A stretch of 24,000 nucleotides of DNA from an uncultured bacterium (GTDB taxonomy: Bacteria > Patescibacteriota > Minisyncoccia > Phycocordibacterales > CAJBMK01). Of this stretch, positions 15,590 through 22,539 are shown piece by piece; position 1 is the first letter of the stretch; each line of letters opens with the position of its first letter. Where the stretch lies: the NCBI GenBank assembly GCA_903954165.1, contig CAJBMK010000052.1, positions 11,950 to 35,949 of the forward strand. Reading direction: 5' to 3'. The notes beneath the pieces were generated by a model. The model worked only from the letters and a program-made list of their open reading frames with translations, was not told where the DNA came from and ran no database searches. A program made the translations under genes and the position numbers.

Positions 15590-16204
15590 ATGCATTTTCT
15601 TGACCCTCTCTTTTTGATACAAACAGTCGGGCTCATCGGGGTCATTGGTATTGTCTTTGCCGAATCAGGCTTATTCTTCGGTTTCTTTTTGCCGGGCGAC
15701 TCGCTTTTGTTTACGGCCGGACTTTTGTCTTCACAAGGCTTGATGGACCCGTGGATGTTGCTAATCGGATCTATTATCGCCGCGATTGCGGGAGATAGTG
15801 TCGGATATATTTTTGGCCGGAAAGTCGGGCCGAAATTGTTTACCCGGGAAGATTCTATATTTTTTCACAAAAAACACATACTTCGGGCGGAAAAATTTTA
15901 CGAAAAATACGGCAAGAAAACAATTTTTTTGGCGCGGTTCGTGCCGATTGTCCGCACGTTCGCTCCGATTGTAGCCGGGGTGGGGAAGATGAATTATCGG
16001 ACATTTATTTCATATAATTTTATCGGCGGAATTATATGGCCGGCTCTTATGGTTTCCGGCGGATATTTTTTGGGACGCATCATACCGAATGTTGATAAAT
16101 ATATTCTGCCGATTGTATTGGTGATTATTGTGCTTTCTGTGGTGCCGGTTGTGTATGAAATTTTGAAGGAGAAACGAGAAGGAGACAAACTGCAGAAGAA
16201 GTAA
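15590..16204 (+). CDS. DedA family (SNARE-associated) membrane protein
   Basis: 204-aa ORF. AESGLFFGFFLPGDSLLFTAG and YGKKTIFLARFVPIVRTFAPIVAG are DedA hallmark blocks. Confidence 0.8.
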   Translation: MHFLDPLFLIQTVGLIGVIGIVFAESGLFFGFFLPGDSLLFTAGLLSSQGLMDPWMLLIGSIIAAIAGDSVGYIFGRKVGPKLFTREDSIFFHKKHILRAEKFYEKYGKKTIFLARFVPIVRTFAPIVAGVGKMNYRTFISYNFIGGIIWPALMVSGGYFLGRIIPNVDKYILPIVLVIIVLSVVPVVYEILKEKREGDKLQKK

Positions 16205-16364
16205 TGTGGGACAATAACAGTGCTGTGAGTGCGGAAATTTTGCACGCTTCCGTGTGCGATAGAGCGCATCTAAATAATGCGAAAATATCGATAATTATCC
16301 CTAGTGTCATGTTTTAAAAAAGAGTATACTATCCTTAGCACGTATAGTTGACACGTGTCCTCTT

Positions 16365-17471
16365 ATGGAAGAAAAATCTAAAAATAAAAAACATCTTAAT
16401 TTTTTTGATCTTTTCCCTCCGCCAAAGTTTCTGACGAGGCTGGCGGTTGGGTTGCATATTTCAGACGATGACATTCGCTTTGTGGAATTCGTAAAGTCGG
16501 AACACGGCTTCGCGCTTGGTCGCTACGGTAAAAAGGTATTACCCGTCGGTCTCATTACCGGCGGAGTTATTTCAAATATGGAAGAAGCCAAAAAAACCTT
16601 ACGGCAGATTAGCAAGGAGTTTGGTTTTACGTTTGTAAACGCCACATTACCGGAAGAAAAAGTATATCTTTTTAAAACACAAATTCCCCGAATGGAATAC
16701 AGCGCGATTTATGAAGCGCTTGAGTTTCATATAGAAGAAAATGTCCCTATTTCATTGTTGGATGCAGTTTTTGATTATTGTGTCATTCGGGATGATCCGC
16801 TATCGGAGCATATTGATATTAGCGTTATTGTGGCGGACCGAAAGATTGTGGAAAGCTATCTTACGCTTATCCGTGAATCGGGGATGGAACCGTTGTCTCT
16901 CTGTGTTCCGTCGGAAGCCATCATACGAGCCGCCGTCGCACGGGAAAGCAAAGAAACAATTCTGGTTGTTAATATGCTGGAAGATAAAACATTTATATCC
17001 ATCGCGTCGGACGGCGCTGTTCAATTTACGTCGTCTCTTACGCGGGGCGGAAATGTAATTACTGAAGCAATCGAAAAACATTTTTCCATAAAAAGTGAAG
17101 ATGCGTTTAAGATGAAATCCGATAAAGATTTTATGAAAGGAAAAAAGGACGAACAATTTTCCTCATTTGTTTTGTCGGCATTCAAGCCGTTGAAAGATGA
17201 AATAGCAAGAGTTCTTGTGTATTGGAATACGAATAAGTTTAATACCGAAAAGCAGGTTGTTCGCATTTTGTTGTCGGGTAGCGATATGGCTTTGCCCGGG
17301 CTCGACGAGTACGTGTCTACGTCTGTCGGGGTGTCCGCGAAGCTTGTTAATGTGTGGGAAAATTGTTTTGGTTTTGACGCATATGTACCGCCGATTCCGT
17401 TTGAAGCGTCGCTCGATTATGCCGTGGCTATCGGTTTGGGTTTCCCCCGGGTTAAACAGGACAGTCAATAA
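16365..17471 (+). CDS. pilM: Type IV pilus assembly protein PilM-like (actin-like ATPase fold)
   Basis: 368-aa soluble protein of PilM size. It is followed by two or three single-pass membrane proteins in the pilM-N-O order. The call rests on general similarity and context only. Confidence 0.6.
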   Translation: MEEKSKNKKHLNFFDLFPPPKFLTRLAVGLHISDDDIRFVEFVKSEHGFALGRYGKKVLPVGLITGGVISNMEEAKKTLRQISKEFGFTFVNATLPEEKVYLFKTQIPRMEYSAIYEALEFHIEENVPISLLDAVFDYCVIRDDPLSEHIDISVIVADRKIVESYLTLIRESGMEPLSLCVPSEAIIRAAVARESKETILVVNMLEDKTFISIASDGAVQFTSSLTRGGNVITEAIEKHFSIKSEDAFKMKSDKDFMKGKKDEQFSSFVLSAFKPLKDEIARVLVYWNTNKFNTEKQVVRILLSGSDMALPGLDEYVSTSVGVSAKLVNVWENCFGFDAYVPPIPFEASLDYAVAIGLGFPRVKQDSQ

Positions 17472-17477
17472 CAAAAA

Positions 17478-18098
17478 ATGCTTAATTTATTACCAAAAGA
17501 AGAAAAGGAACAACTTCGAAAAGATTACAAGTCCCGTGTGTGGGTTGTGACGCTCGTTCTTTTGGTTGTTATGGAAATTATTGCGATTATACTTCTTTTG
17601 CCGACATATATTTCGATTAAACAGCGTCAGTCATCCTTGCAGGAAAAATTTGATAATTTGACCGCTATTGGAGGTTTGCAGATTAAAGATAATGCAAGCG
17701 GAGCCATCAAGCAGGTGCAGGAAAAAATAGACATGCTGAGCGGAAAAACGATTATTCGGGCAATAGAGATTAAGAAAAAAGGTTCCGGCGAGGTGGCTAT
17801 TGCGCCCGAAAAAACAAACAGTCCCGTAGCATCGAGTACTTTATCGTTAAGTGACGTTATTGATCGCATAACAAACACGAGAGAAAAAGGTATCGTGTAT
17901 TCAAGTATCGCCACCTCAATGGATTCGGCGGGGAAAATAAAAGTATCTCTTGAAGGAATCGCATTACGTCGTCCGAATCTCTTGGCGCAAGTCCGGTCGC
18001 TTGAATCAAGCGGGGGATTTGAAAAAGTATCCGTACCGGTTTCAAGTTTTACCGAGGAAAAAGATATTATGTTCACGTTGGAACTTTTTGTTAAATAA
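17478..18098 (+). CDS. pilN: PilN-like single-pass membrane protein
   Basis: 206 aa. The N-terminus LNLLPKEEKEQLRKDYKSR followed by one TM helix is typical of PilN/fimbrial assembly proteins. It lies immediately downstream of pilM. Confidence 0.55.
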   Translation: MLNLLPKEEKEQLRKDYKSRVWVVTLVLLVVMEIIAIILLLPTYISIKQRQSSLQEKFDNLTAIGGLQIKDNASGAIKQVQEKIDMLSGKTIIRAIEIKKKGSGEVAIAPEKTNSPVASSTLSLSDVIDRITNTREKGIVYSSIATSMDSAGKIKVSLEGIALRRPNLLAQVRSLESSGGFEKVSVPVSSFTEEKDIMFTLELFVK

Positions 18099-18102
18099 AC
18101 GT

Positions 18103-18657
18103 ATGGATTTTCACAACAGAACAAAAAAATTATTGACACTATTCTTCATCATTTCGGTGGTTGGTTTGGTGTTGTACGGAGTTGCGCTTTACTTCAATTA
18201 CCATGAAAGTCTAAAAAACAGTAATTTAATCAGGGACGTGGAAGCTCAGGCGGACAAAAATGACAAAGCGGATACTATTCGAAGAATTGTGTTGGAAACG
18301 GTTGATTCTCGCAGTAAAATCGATTCTTTTTTCCTCCCGAAAAACGGTGTTGTTGATTTCTTGGATAAAATAGAAAATATGGCCAAGGCAAAAAAATTAA
18401 CATATAAGATTCATTCAATTAATGAAGAAGATTTTGACGGAAAAACCCTGGTAGGACCGGATTATCTGTCGATTATACGTATTACCTTACAGGTTAATGG
18501 AAGTTGGAATAATATTTACAATTATCTTCTGCTGATGGAGTCGGTGCCGTATAGGGTGGATGTTGTGGGGATACGCATAACGAAAGCCGAAAATTTAAAA
18601 AATGACGCCGGCAAATGGTCAGGTTTCATAGATCTTAATATCTTGAAGCTTAAATAG
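18103..18657 (+). CDS. pilO: PilO-like single-pass membrane protein
   Basis: I start the gene at ATG 18103 (MDFHNRTKKLLTLFFIISVVGLVLYGVAL...), giving 184 aa. The track ORF from 17950 overlaps pilN in another frame and is rejected. The call rests on position and topology. Confidence 0.5.
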   Translation: MDFHNRTKKLLTLFFIISVVGLVLYGVALYFNYHESLKNSNLIRDVEAQADKNDKADTIRRIVLETVDSRSKIDSFFLPKNGVVDFLDKIENMAKAKKLTYKIHSINEEDFDGKTLVGPDYLSIIRITLQVNGSWNNIYNYLLLMESVPYRVDVVGIRITKAENLKNDAGKWSGFIDLNILKLK

Positions 18658-18676
18658 ACGGGAAAAGATACAACGT

Positions 18677-19009
18677 ATGAAAAAATTTAAATCCATAAAA
18701 AAATTTATCGTTCAACTGATGTCTTGGCGAAAAAACGGTATGTTTCGCATCGAGTATAGTCCTTTTTTGCATTGGAAACGGGCGCTTGTCGGTGCCGGAT
18801 TTTTCTTTGTTGCGGTTGCACTTCTCAGTACCTACATTTATTTTCAAATCGGCAACGAAGAGCAGGCCCGGGCGGTAGGGAACAAGCTCATGGTTCGAAC
18901 TATCGATAAAACATTTCTGAAGACGGTTATTGATCGGTATGAGGCGAAGCAAAAAAGATTTGACGATCTGGTGGTAAAACCCGTCGTCACAGTTGACCCA
19001 TCGCTCTAA
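18677..19009 (+). CDS. Hypothetical single-pass membrane protein, last gene of the pil-like cluster
   Basis: 110-aa ORF with one TM helix (ALVGAGFFFVAVALLSTYIYF). It shares strand and spacing with the pil-like genes. Confidence 0.5.
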   Translation: MKKFKSIKKFIVQLMSWRKNGMFRIEYSPFLHWKRALVGAGFFFVAVALLSTYIYFQIGNEEQARAVGNKLMVRTIDKTFLKTVIDRYEAKQKRFDDLVVKPVVTVDPSL

Positions 19010-19038
19010 CGCTGTTATTCTGGTCACGTCCGTCTCTT

Positions 19039-19110
19039 GCCCTCATAGCTCAACGGATAGAGCAGCGCTCTTCTAAGGCGTTGATGTAGGTTCGATTCCT
19101 GCTGGGGGCA
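19039..19110 (+). tRNA. tRNA-Arg (anticodon UCU), no encoded CCA
   Basis: Acceptor gccctca/tgggggc. D arm gctc-aacggata-gagc. Anticodon arm gcgct-ctTCTaa-ggcgt. Variable region tgat. T arm gtagg-ttcgatt-cctgc. Discriminator a at 19110. Confidence 0.9.
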
Positions 19111-19280
19111 CAATTAAAAAACCGACGATAAGTCGGTTTTTTAATTGTGCCCCCAGAGAAAGCGCCTGATGGCGCTTTCGCCAGGAATCGAAGCCCGATT
19201 GAGCTTCGTTTTGAGTGTCTTCACGAAAAAACGAACCAATCGGGGTACTGACCGAGTAACGGTCGAACTTCCTGTTGGGT
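19111..19280 (+). repeat. tRNA-3'-flank structured element, scaffold type 1, matched to tRNA-Arg(UCU) (copy B, cleanest prototype)
   Basis: H1 is a perfect 25-bp hairpin at 19102-19126/19132-19156. H2 is gaaagcgcc/ggcgctttc at 19158-19166/19171-19179. caggaatcgaa (19182-19192) is the reverse complement of 19091-19101. P3 is at 19194-19201/19237-19244. P4 is at 19205-19212/19228-19235, tipped gtg-tctt-cac. The module is gtactgaccgagtaacggtcgaa. The decayed tail tcgaacttcctgttgggt lies at 19263-19280. Confidence 0.7.
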
Positions 19281-19446
19281 ATTTTTATATATAAAAACCA
19301 AATAAACAGTAGGTCTCATTGTTTGACAGTTATTAATATAAGTCATAATATAAAAAAATGATATTTGAGTTGCAAAACCTTACTCATCACAACGCCAACC
19401 TCTTCAAGGGCTGGTGTTTGTAATTATTTCTATTTCTTTTGATTAC

Positions 19447-19476
19447 AAAAACGAGCTCTGGAAGGGCTCGTTTTTC
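19447..19476 (+). terminator. Terminator-like hairpin in AT-rich spacer
   Basis: aaaacgagc-tctggaagg-gctcgttttt. Confidence 0.4.
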
Positions 19477-19528
19477 GTTTATATATGGACGGGAAAGTGG
19501 ATAACAATCAAATAGATAGGTGTTTAGT

Positions 19529-19747
19529 ATGAAAAAAGATTATCAGTGTGATGAAACAACAACTAGTTCCGGAATAGGTGAAGTTGGTACTGTTTACTCC
19601 ACCCCAAACGGTCAGCGCCTTGCGGAAGAAAGTGATGAAAATGTTGGGTGGAGACAGTGTTCACCTAACCATCGCGTTAAGGTACGTTACAAATGTTTTT
19701 CACATGCTACTCATTTTTGGGTAGAAGTGAAGAACGAAAATGAATAG
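19529..19747 (+). CDS. Small hypothetical protein (72 aa)
   Basis: ATG at 19529, preceded by aggtg about 8 nt upstream. The sequence is MKKDYQCDETTTSSGIGEVGTVYSTPNGQRL... A hairpin follows at 19761-19785. No family recognised. Confidence 0.4.
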   Translation: MKKDYQCDETTTSSGIGEVGTVYSTPNGQRLAEESDENVGWRQCSPNHRVKVRYKCFSHATHFWVEVKNENE

Positions 19748-19760
19748 GTATTATTCATTT

Positions 19761-19790
19761 ATACCCCACATTAATGGTGGGGTATTTCTA
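19761..19790 (+). terminator. Terminator-like hairpin after the 72-aa ORF
   Basis: ataccccac (19761-19769) pairs with gtggggtat (19777-19785). A weak T-tract, ttcta, follows. Confidence 0.4.
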
Positions 19791-19963
19791 TGTAATACTA
19801 TAAAACGAGCAATTCTAAAGCTTAAATTCTATATATAAAAAATTCAAATTATTGACATCTCTGTAAAACCATTATATCATTATTACCAGAATAGACCGTT
19901 ATATAACAGTATTTATCGGTCCATGTAATCAGTTTTTTTGAACAATTATTTGAAAGGGGGTTT

Positions 19964-20557
19964 GTGGTGAGTATAAATGAAATTTTAGTTTGGTTGAGTA
20001 GTGGTATGGCCTTGGCACTATATATTCCACTGATAACCGGAATACTTCGGGGGGAAATTGCTCAAAGTGTGGCTACCTGGGCGCTTTGGGTAACACTTGA
20101 TGCCATTGCTCTAGTGAACATTATGCACAAACACGGCAATTTTCTACTGGTACTTTTGTACTGTATGTGCGGGACGTTGGTAACTGTTTCGCTCATTTAC
20201 AAAAAACATTTCAAATGGTCGCATTTTGAATCGTTTGTTTTGATACTGGTGTGCATTTGTCTTGTTGTGTGGGGTTTTAGCGGAGCGAAATGGGCAATTA
20301 TTTCCAGCACGGTTGCTATGTGTATTTCCGGTAGTCCTCAAATCCGTGATTCATGGAGAGAGCCGGATCGGGCAACCGGATTCATATATATCGGATGCAC
20401 GGTCGCCAATAGCCTTTCTTTTTTGGGAGGGAGAAGTTGGACAATAGAGGAGAGATTTTATCCGGGAATGTGTGTGTTGCTGTGTTTATCGGTGGCTATT
20501 GCCGCACTGCGTAAGAATAATCTTGCTCCTGTGCGTATTATAAAGAATATGCCTTAA
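19964..20557 (+). CDS. Polytopic membrane protein, possibly PQ-loop/SWEET-like repeat family
   Basis: 197-aa ORF with a GTG start, preceded by aaaggggg (19954-19960). It has about 6-7 hydrophobic helices. Two internally similar halves carry LYIPLITGILRGE and SGSPQIRDSWREPD, which resemble PQ-loop motifs. The family call is tentative. Confidence 0.55.
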   Translation: MVSINEILVWLSSGMALALYIPLITGILRGEIAQSVATWALWVTLDAIALVNIMHKHGNFLLVLLYCMCGTLVTVSLIYKKHFKWSHFESFVLILVCICLVVWGFSGAKWAIISSTVAMCISGSPQIRDSWREPDRATGFIYIGCTVANSLSFLGGRSWTIEERFYPGMCVLLCLSVAIAALRKNNLAPVRIIKNMP

Positions 20558-20568
20558 ATAATAATCAC

Positions 20569-20597
20569 ACGCGGAATCATTTGGTTCCGCGTTTTTT
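20569..20597 (+). terminator. Rho-independent terminator
   Basis: acgcggaa (20569-20576) pairs with ttccgcgt (20585-20592) and is followed by ttttt. Confidence 0.6.
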
Positions 20598-20650
20598 CTT
20601 TTCCGCAGATGTAATACAATAAAGTAATCACTCACTGATGATTATATTCT

Positions 20651-20911
20651 ATGAATCGTTTTGCTGAAAAGGTTTATGAGATTGTTCGTAAAATTCCTGC
20701 GGGAAAAGTTTTGACTTACAAACAGGTAGCTGAAAAGGCAGGTAGTGCGCGAGCGGCACGTGCGGTTGGAAATGTTTTGAATAAAAATTATAATCCTGCA
20801 ATACCGTGCCATCGGGTAATTCGGTCTGACGGCCTGTTTGGCGGATACAATAAAGGATCAAAAGCTAAAGAACAGATTTTGCGGAAAGAGGGGTATCGGG
20901 GAAGGGAATAG
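20651..20911 (+). CDS. Methylated-DNA--protein-cysteine methyltransferase DNA-binding domain protein (short MGMT/YbaZ type)
   Basis: 86-aa ORF. It has the active-site motif IPCHRVIRSDG (PCHRV) and the upstream helix-turn-helix block GKVLTYKQVAEKAGSARAARAVGNVL. Confidence 0.8.
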   Translation: MNRFAEKVYEIVRKIPAGKVLTYKQVAEKAGSARAARAVGNVLNKNYNPAIPCHRVIRSDGLFGGYNKGSKAKEQILRKEGYRGRE

Positions 20912-20980
20912 GTTTTGGCATAAAATCTTTTGCGGCATATTTGTACGAGTTTCATATTGTGTGTTAGTATGAACCGCGTC

Positions 20981-21054
20981 GGGCGCTTAGCTCAGTTGGT
21001 TAGAGCATCTCATTTACACTGAGAGGGTCGGGGGTTCGAATCCCTCAGCGCCCA
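20981..21054 (+). tRNA. tRNA-Val (anticodon UAC), no encoded CCA
   Basis: Acceptor gggcgct/agcgccc. D arm gctc-agttggtta-gagc. Anticodon arm tctca-ttTACac-tgaga. Variable region gggtc. T arm ggggg-ttcgaat-ccctc. Discriminator a at 21054. Confidence 0.9.
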
Positions 21055-21217
21055 CAATAAAAACGGCTATCGTGCCGTTTTTTTGCGGGCGCTAGCAAAG
21101 TGTCTGCACACTTTGCGCGAGGGATTCGAAAGGGTTCTCCGTTATATTTTGGAAATTCCCATTTCCAAAATATCGGAAACCCCTACTGCCGCTGTAAGCG
21201 GAGAATCATTTGTCGGC
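21055..21217 (+). repeat. tRNA-3'-flank structured element, scaffold type 2, matched to tRNA-Val (copy C)
   Basis: H1 is aaaaacggc-tatcgt-gccgttttt (21059-21082). gggcgct (21087-21093) is the reverse complement of the acceptor 3' strand at 21047-21053. H2 is gcaaagtgt-ctgc-acactttgc (21095-21116). gagggattcgaa (21119-21130) is the reverse complement of 21035-21046. P3 is gggttctccg/cggaaaccc. P4 is the 13-bp hairpin at 21144-21173. The module is ctactgccgctgtaagcggagaa. A strongly decayed tail follows. Confidence 0.7.
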
Positions 21218-21254
21218 ATTATTTTCCAGTCCTTTCAAGGACGTCGAAAATATC

Positions 21255-21291
21255 AATTTTGTTGTAATTTTGTTGTAATTTTGTTGTAATT
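21255..21291. repeat. Tandem repeat, 11-nt unit aattttgttgt x 3.4
   Basis: Perfect copies at 21255-21265, 21266-21276 and 21277-21287, plus a partial aatt. Confidence 0.8.
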
Positions 21292-21389
21292 AAAAAAACA
21301 AAAACTCGCCAAATACAAACACCTATTTTATCAACCCCCTCTATTTATTTCTAGCCAACTGTCGGCCGGTGCGATATTATTAATTCTCT

Positions 21390-21665
21390 ATGCAAAAACG
21401 TATAACCGCCATCGTTACCGGCCGAGTCCAGCTAGTCATGTTCCGTGATTTTTGCCAACGCAAAGCTCGTTCGCTCGGTCTTGTCGGCTCAGTCCAAAAT
21501 CTTCCCGATGGCTCGGTTTCCGTCACTGCCGAAGGCGAAACCGACGCGCTTAACCAGTATATTTCTTACCTCCACAAAGGCTCGGTTCTGTCTCGGGTCG
21601 ACGGTGTAAAAGTGGAGTGGGGAGAACCGGACGGGACTTTTTCTGATTTTTTGATACTCTACTAA
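21390..21665 (+). CDS. acyP: Acylphosphatase
   Basis: 91-aa ORF. VTGRVQLVMFRDFCQRKARSLGLVGSVQNLPDGSVSVTAEGE matches the acylphosphatase signature (G-x-V-Q-G-V-x-F-R, then G-x-V-x-N). Confidence 0.85.
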   Translation: MQKRITAIVTGRVQLVMFRDFCQRKARSLGLVGSVQNLPDGSVSVTAEGETDALNQYISYLHKGSVLSRVDGVKVEWGEPDGTFSDFLILY

Positions 21666-21670
21666 CCACA

Positions 21671-22369
21671 ATGACCACACAAGAACAGCGGCCGAATTGC
21701 ATCGGCTTCATTATGGACGGCAATCGGCGTTGGGCGCGGAAGAATGGCAAGAAAGGAATAGAGGGTCATTCCGAGGGGTATAAGAAATTAAAAGAGATAC
21801 TTAATTGGGCCAAGGAAGCCGGTATTCCCCATGTTATTGTCTATGCTTTTTCCACCGAAAACTGGAAACGAACCGAAGAAGAGGTGGGGGCGCTGATGAA
21901 ACTTCTTACCTTTGCTCTTTCAAGCGAAGTGGATGCGCTTATGCGCCAGGGTGTGCGGCTCAAGTTTGCCGGGGAATTAACTCTCTTTCCTCGGTCATTT
22001 CAAGAAATGATGAAAAAAGCCGAAACGGAAACGGCGGATAACGGTCCGCTTACTCTCACCGTCGCTCTTTCCTATGGGGGACGGGCGGAAATTCTGCAAG
22101 CGGTGAAACGAATCGCACAGTTGCCGAAAGCCGAGCAAGAGGCTCTAACGGAACAATCATTCGAAAACTATCTGTGGACCTCAGGAATGCCCGATCCCGA
22201 CCTTATGGTTCGCACCGGCGGGGAAGTGCGTCTGTCCAATTTTTTGCCGTATCAAATTGTTTACAGCGAACTTTTTTTCACCAAAACTCTGTGGCCTGAT
22301 TTTTCTAAAAATGAATTTGAGGCAATACTTAAAGAATATAGTGAGCGAAAAAGGAATTACGGAAAATAG
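21671..22369 (+). CDS. uppS: Undecaprenyl (isoprenyl) diphosphate synthase, cis-prenyltransferase
   Basis: 232-aa ORF. It has IMDGNRRWA, VYAFSTENWKR and RTGGEVRLSNFLPYQ, and ends with ERKRNYGK. Confidence 0.9.
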   Translation: MTTQEQRPNCIGFIMDGNRRWARKNGKKGIEGHSEGYKKLKEILNWAKEAGIPHVIVYAFSTENWKRTEEEVGALMKLLTFALSSEVDALMRQGVRLKFAGELTLFPRSFQEMMKKAETETADNGPLTLTVALSYGGRAEILQAVKRIAQLPKAEQEALTEQSFENYLWTSGMPDPDLMVRTGGEVRLSNFLPYQIVYSELFFTKTLWPDFSKNEFEAILKEYSERKRNYGK

Positions 22370-22539
22370 ACACGGGGAATAGTTTTAGAAATTAGTCACT
22401 CGCCTGAGAAGATAAAAAATTAAGTAGGTTAGACGGGAGAAGAAGGGTTTCTATAATAGGAATCTGTGATATTTCGATATGTGTTACTTTGTTTACATTT
22501 TCTATTTTTTATGCTATAAGTAGGAAACATTTCTACTAT

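Noticed and set aside
17627-18139. 170-aa minus-strand ORF
   Set aside because: It is antisense to the PilN-like gene within a co-directional + strand operon.
19157-19192. Hammerhead-type or other known small self-cleaving ribozyme at the three-way junction formed by H1, H2 and the anti-T-arm helix
   Set aside because: The CUGAUGA...GAAA core is not conserved at junction positions across copies. ctgatg occurs only in the H2 loop of copy B. I did not see the conserved cores of other small ribozyme classes that I can recall.
19111-19280. T-box riboswitch or a tRNA gene on the opposite strand within the antisense segments
   Set aside because: There is no specifier loop or T-box consensus. The elements lie downstream of tRNAs rather than upstream of aminoacyl-tRNA-related genes. 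The opposite strand reproduces only the T-loop-to-3'-end of the tRNA (with H2 inserted), and no D or anticodon arm can be folded.
19358-19423. 21-aa mini-ORF (MIFELQNLTHHNANLFKGWCL) as a leader or bacteriocin-like peptide
   Set aside because: It has no RBS and is very short. It overlaps only a weak imperfect hairpin. Nothing distinguishes it from chance in AT-rich DNA.
4377-21217. The repeated elements as a CRISPR array
   Set aside because: There is no regular array of short identical repeats with unique spacers. Copies are 165-185 nt, internally structured, dispersed and tied to tRNA genes. No cas genes are present in the window.
21083-21289. Track ORF of 68 aa downstream of tRNA-Val
   Set aside because: It lies wholly inside element C and the 11-nt tandem repeat. 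Its peptide (MRALAKCLHTLREGFERVLRYILEI...) recurs in the ORF over A2 only because the DNA element is repeated.
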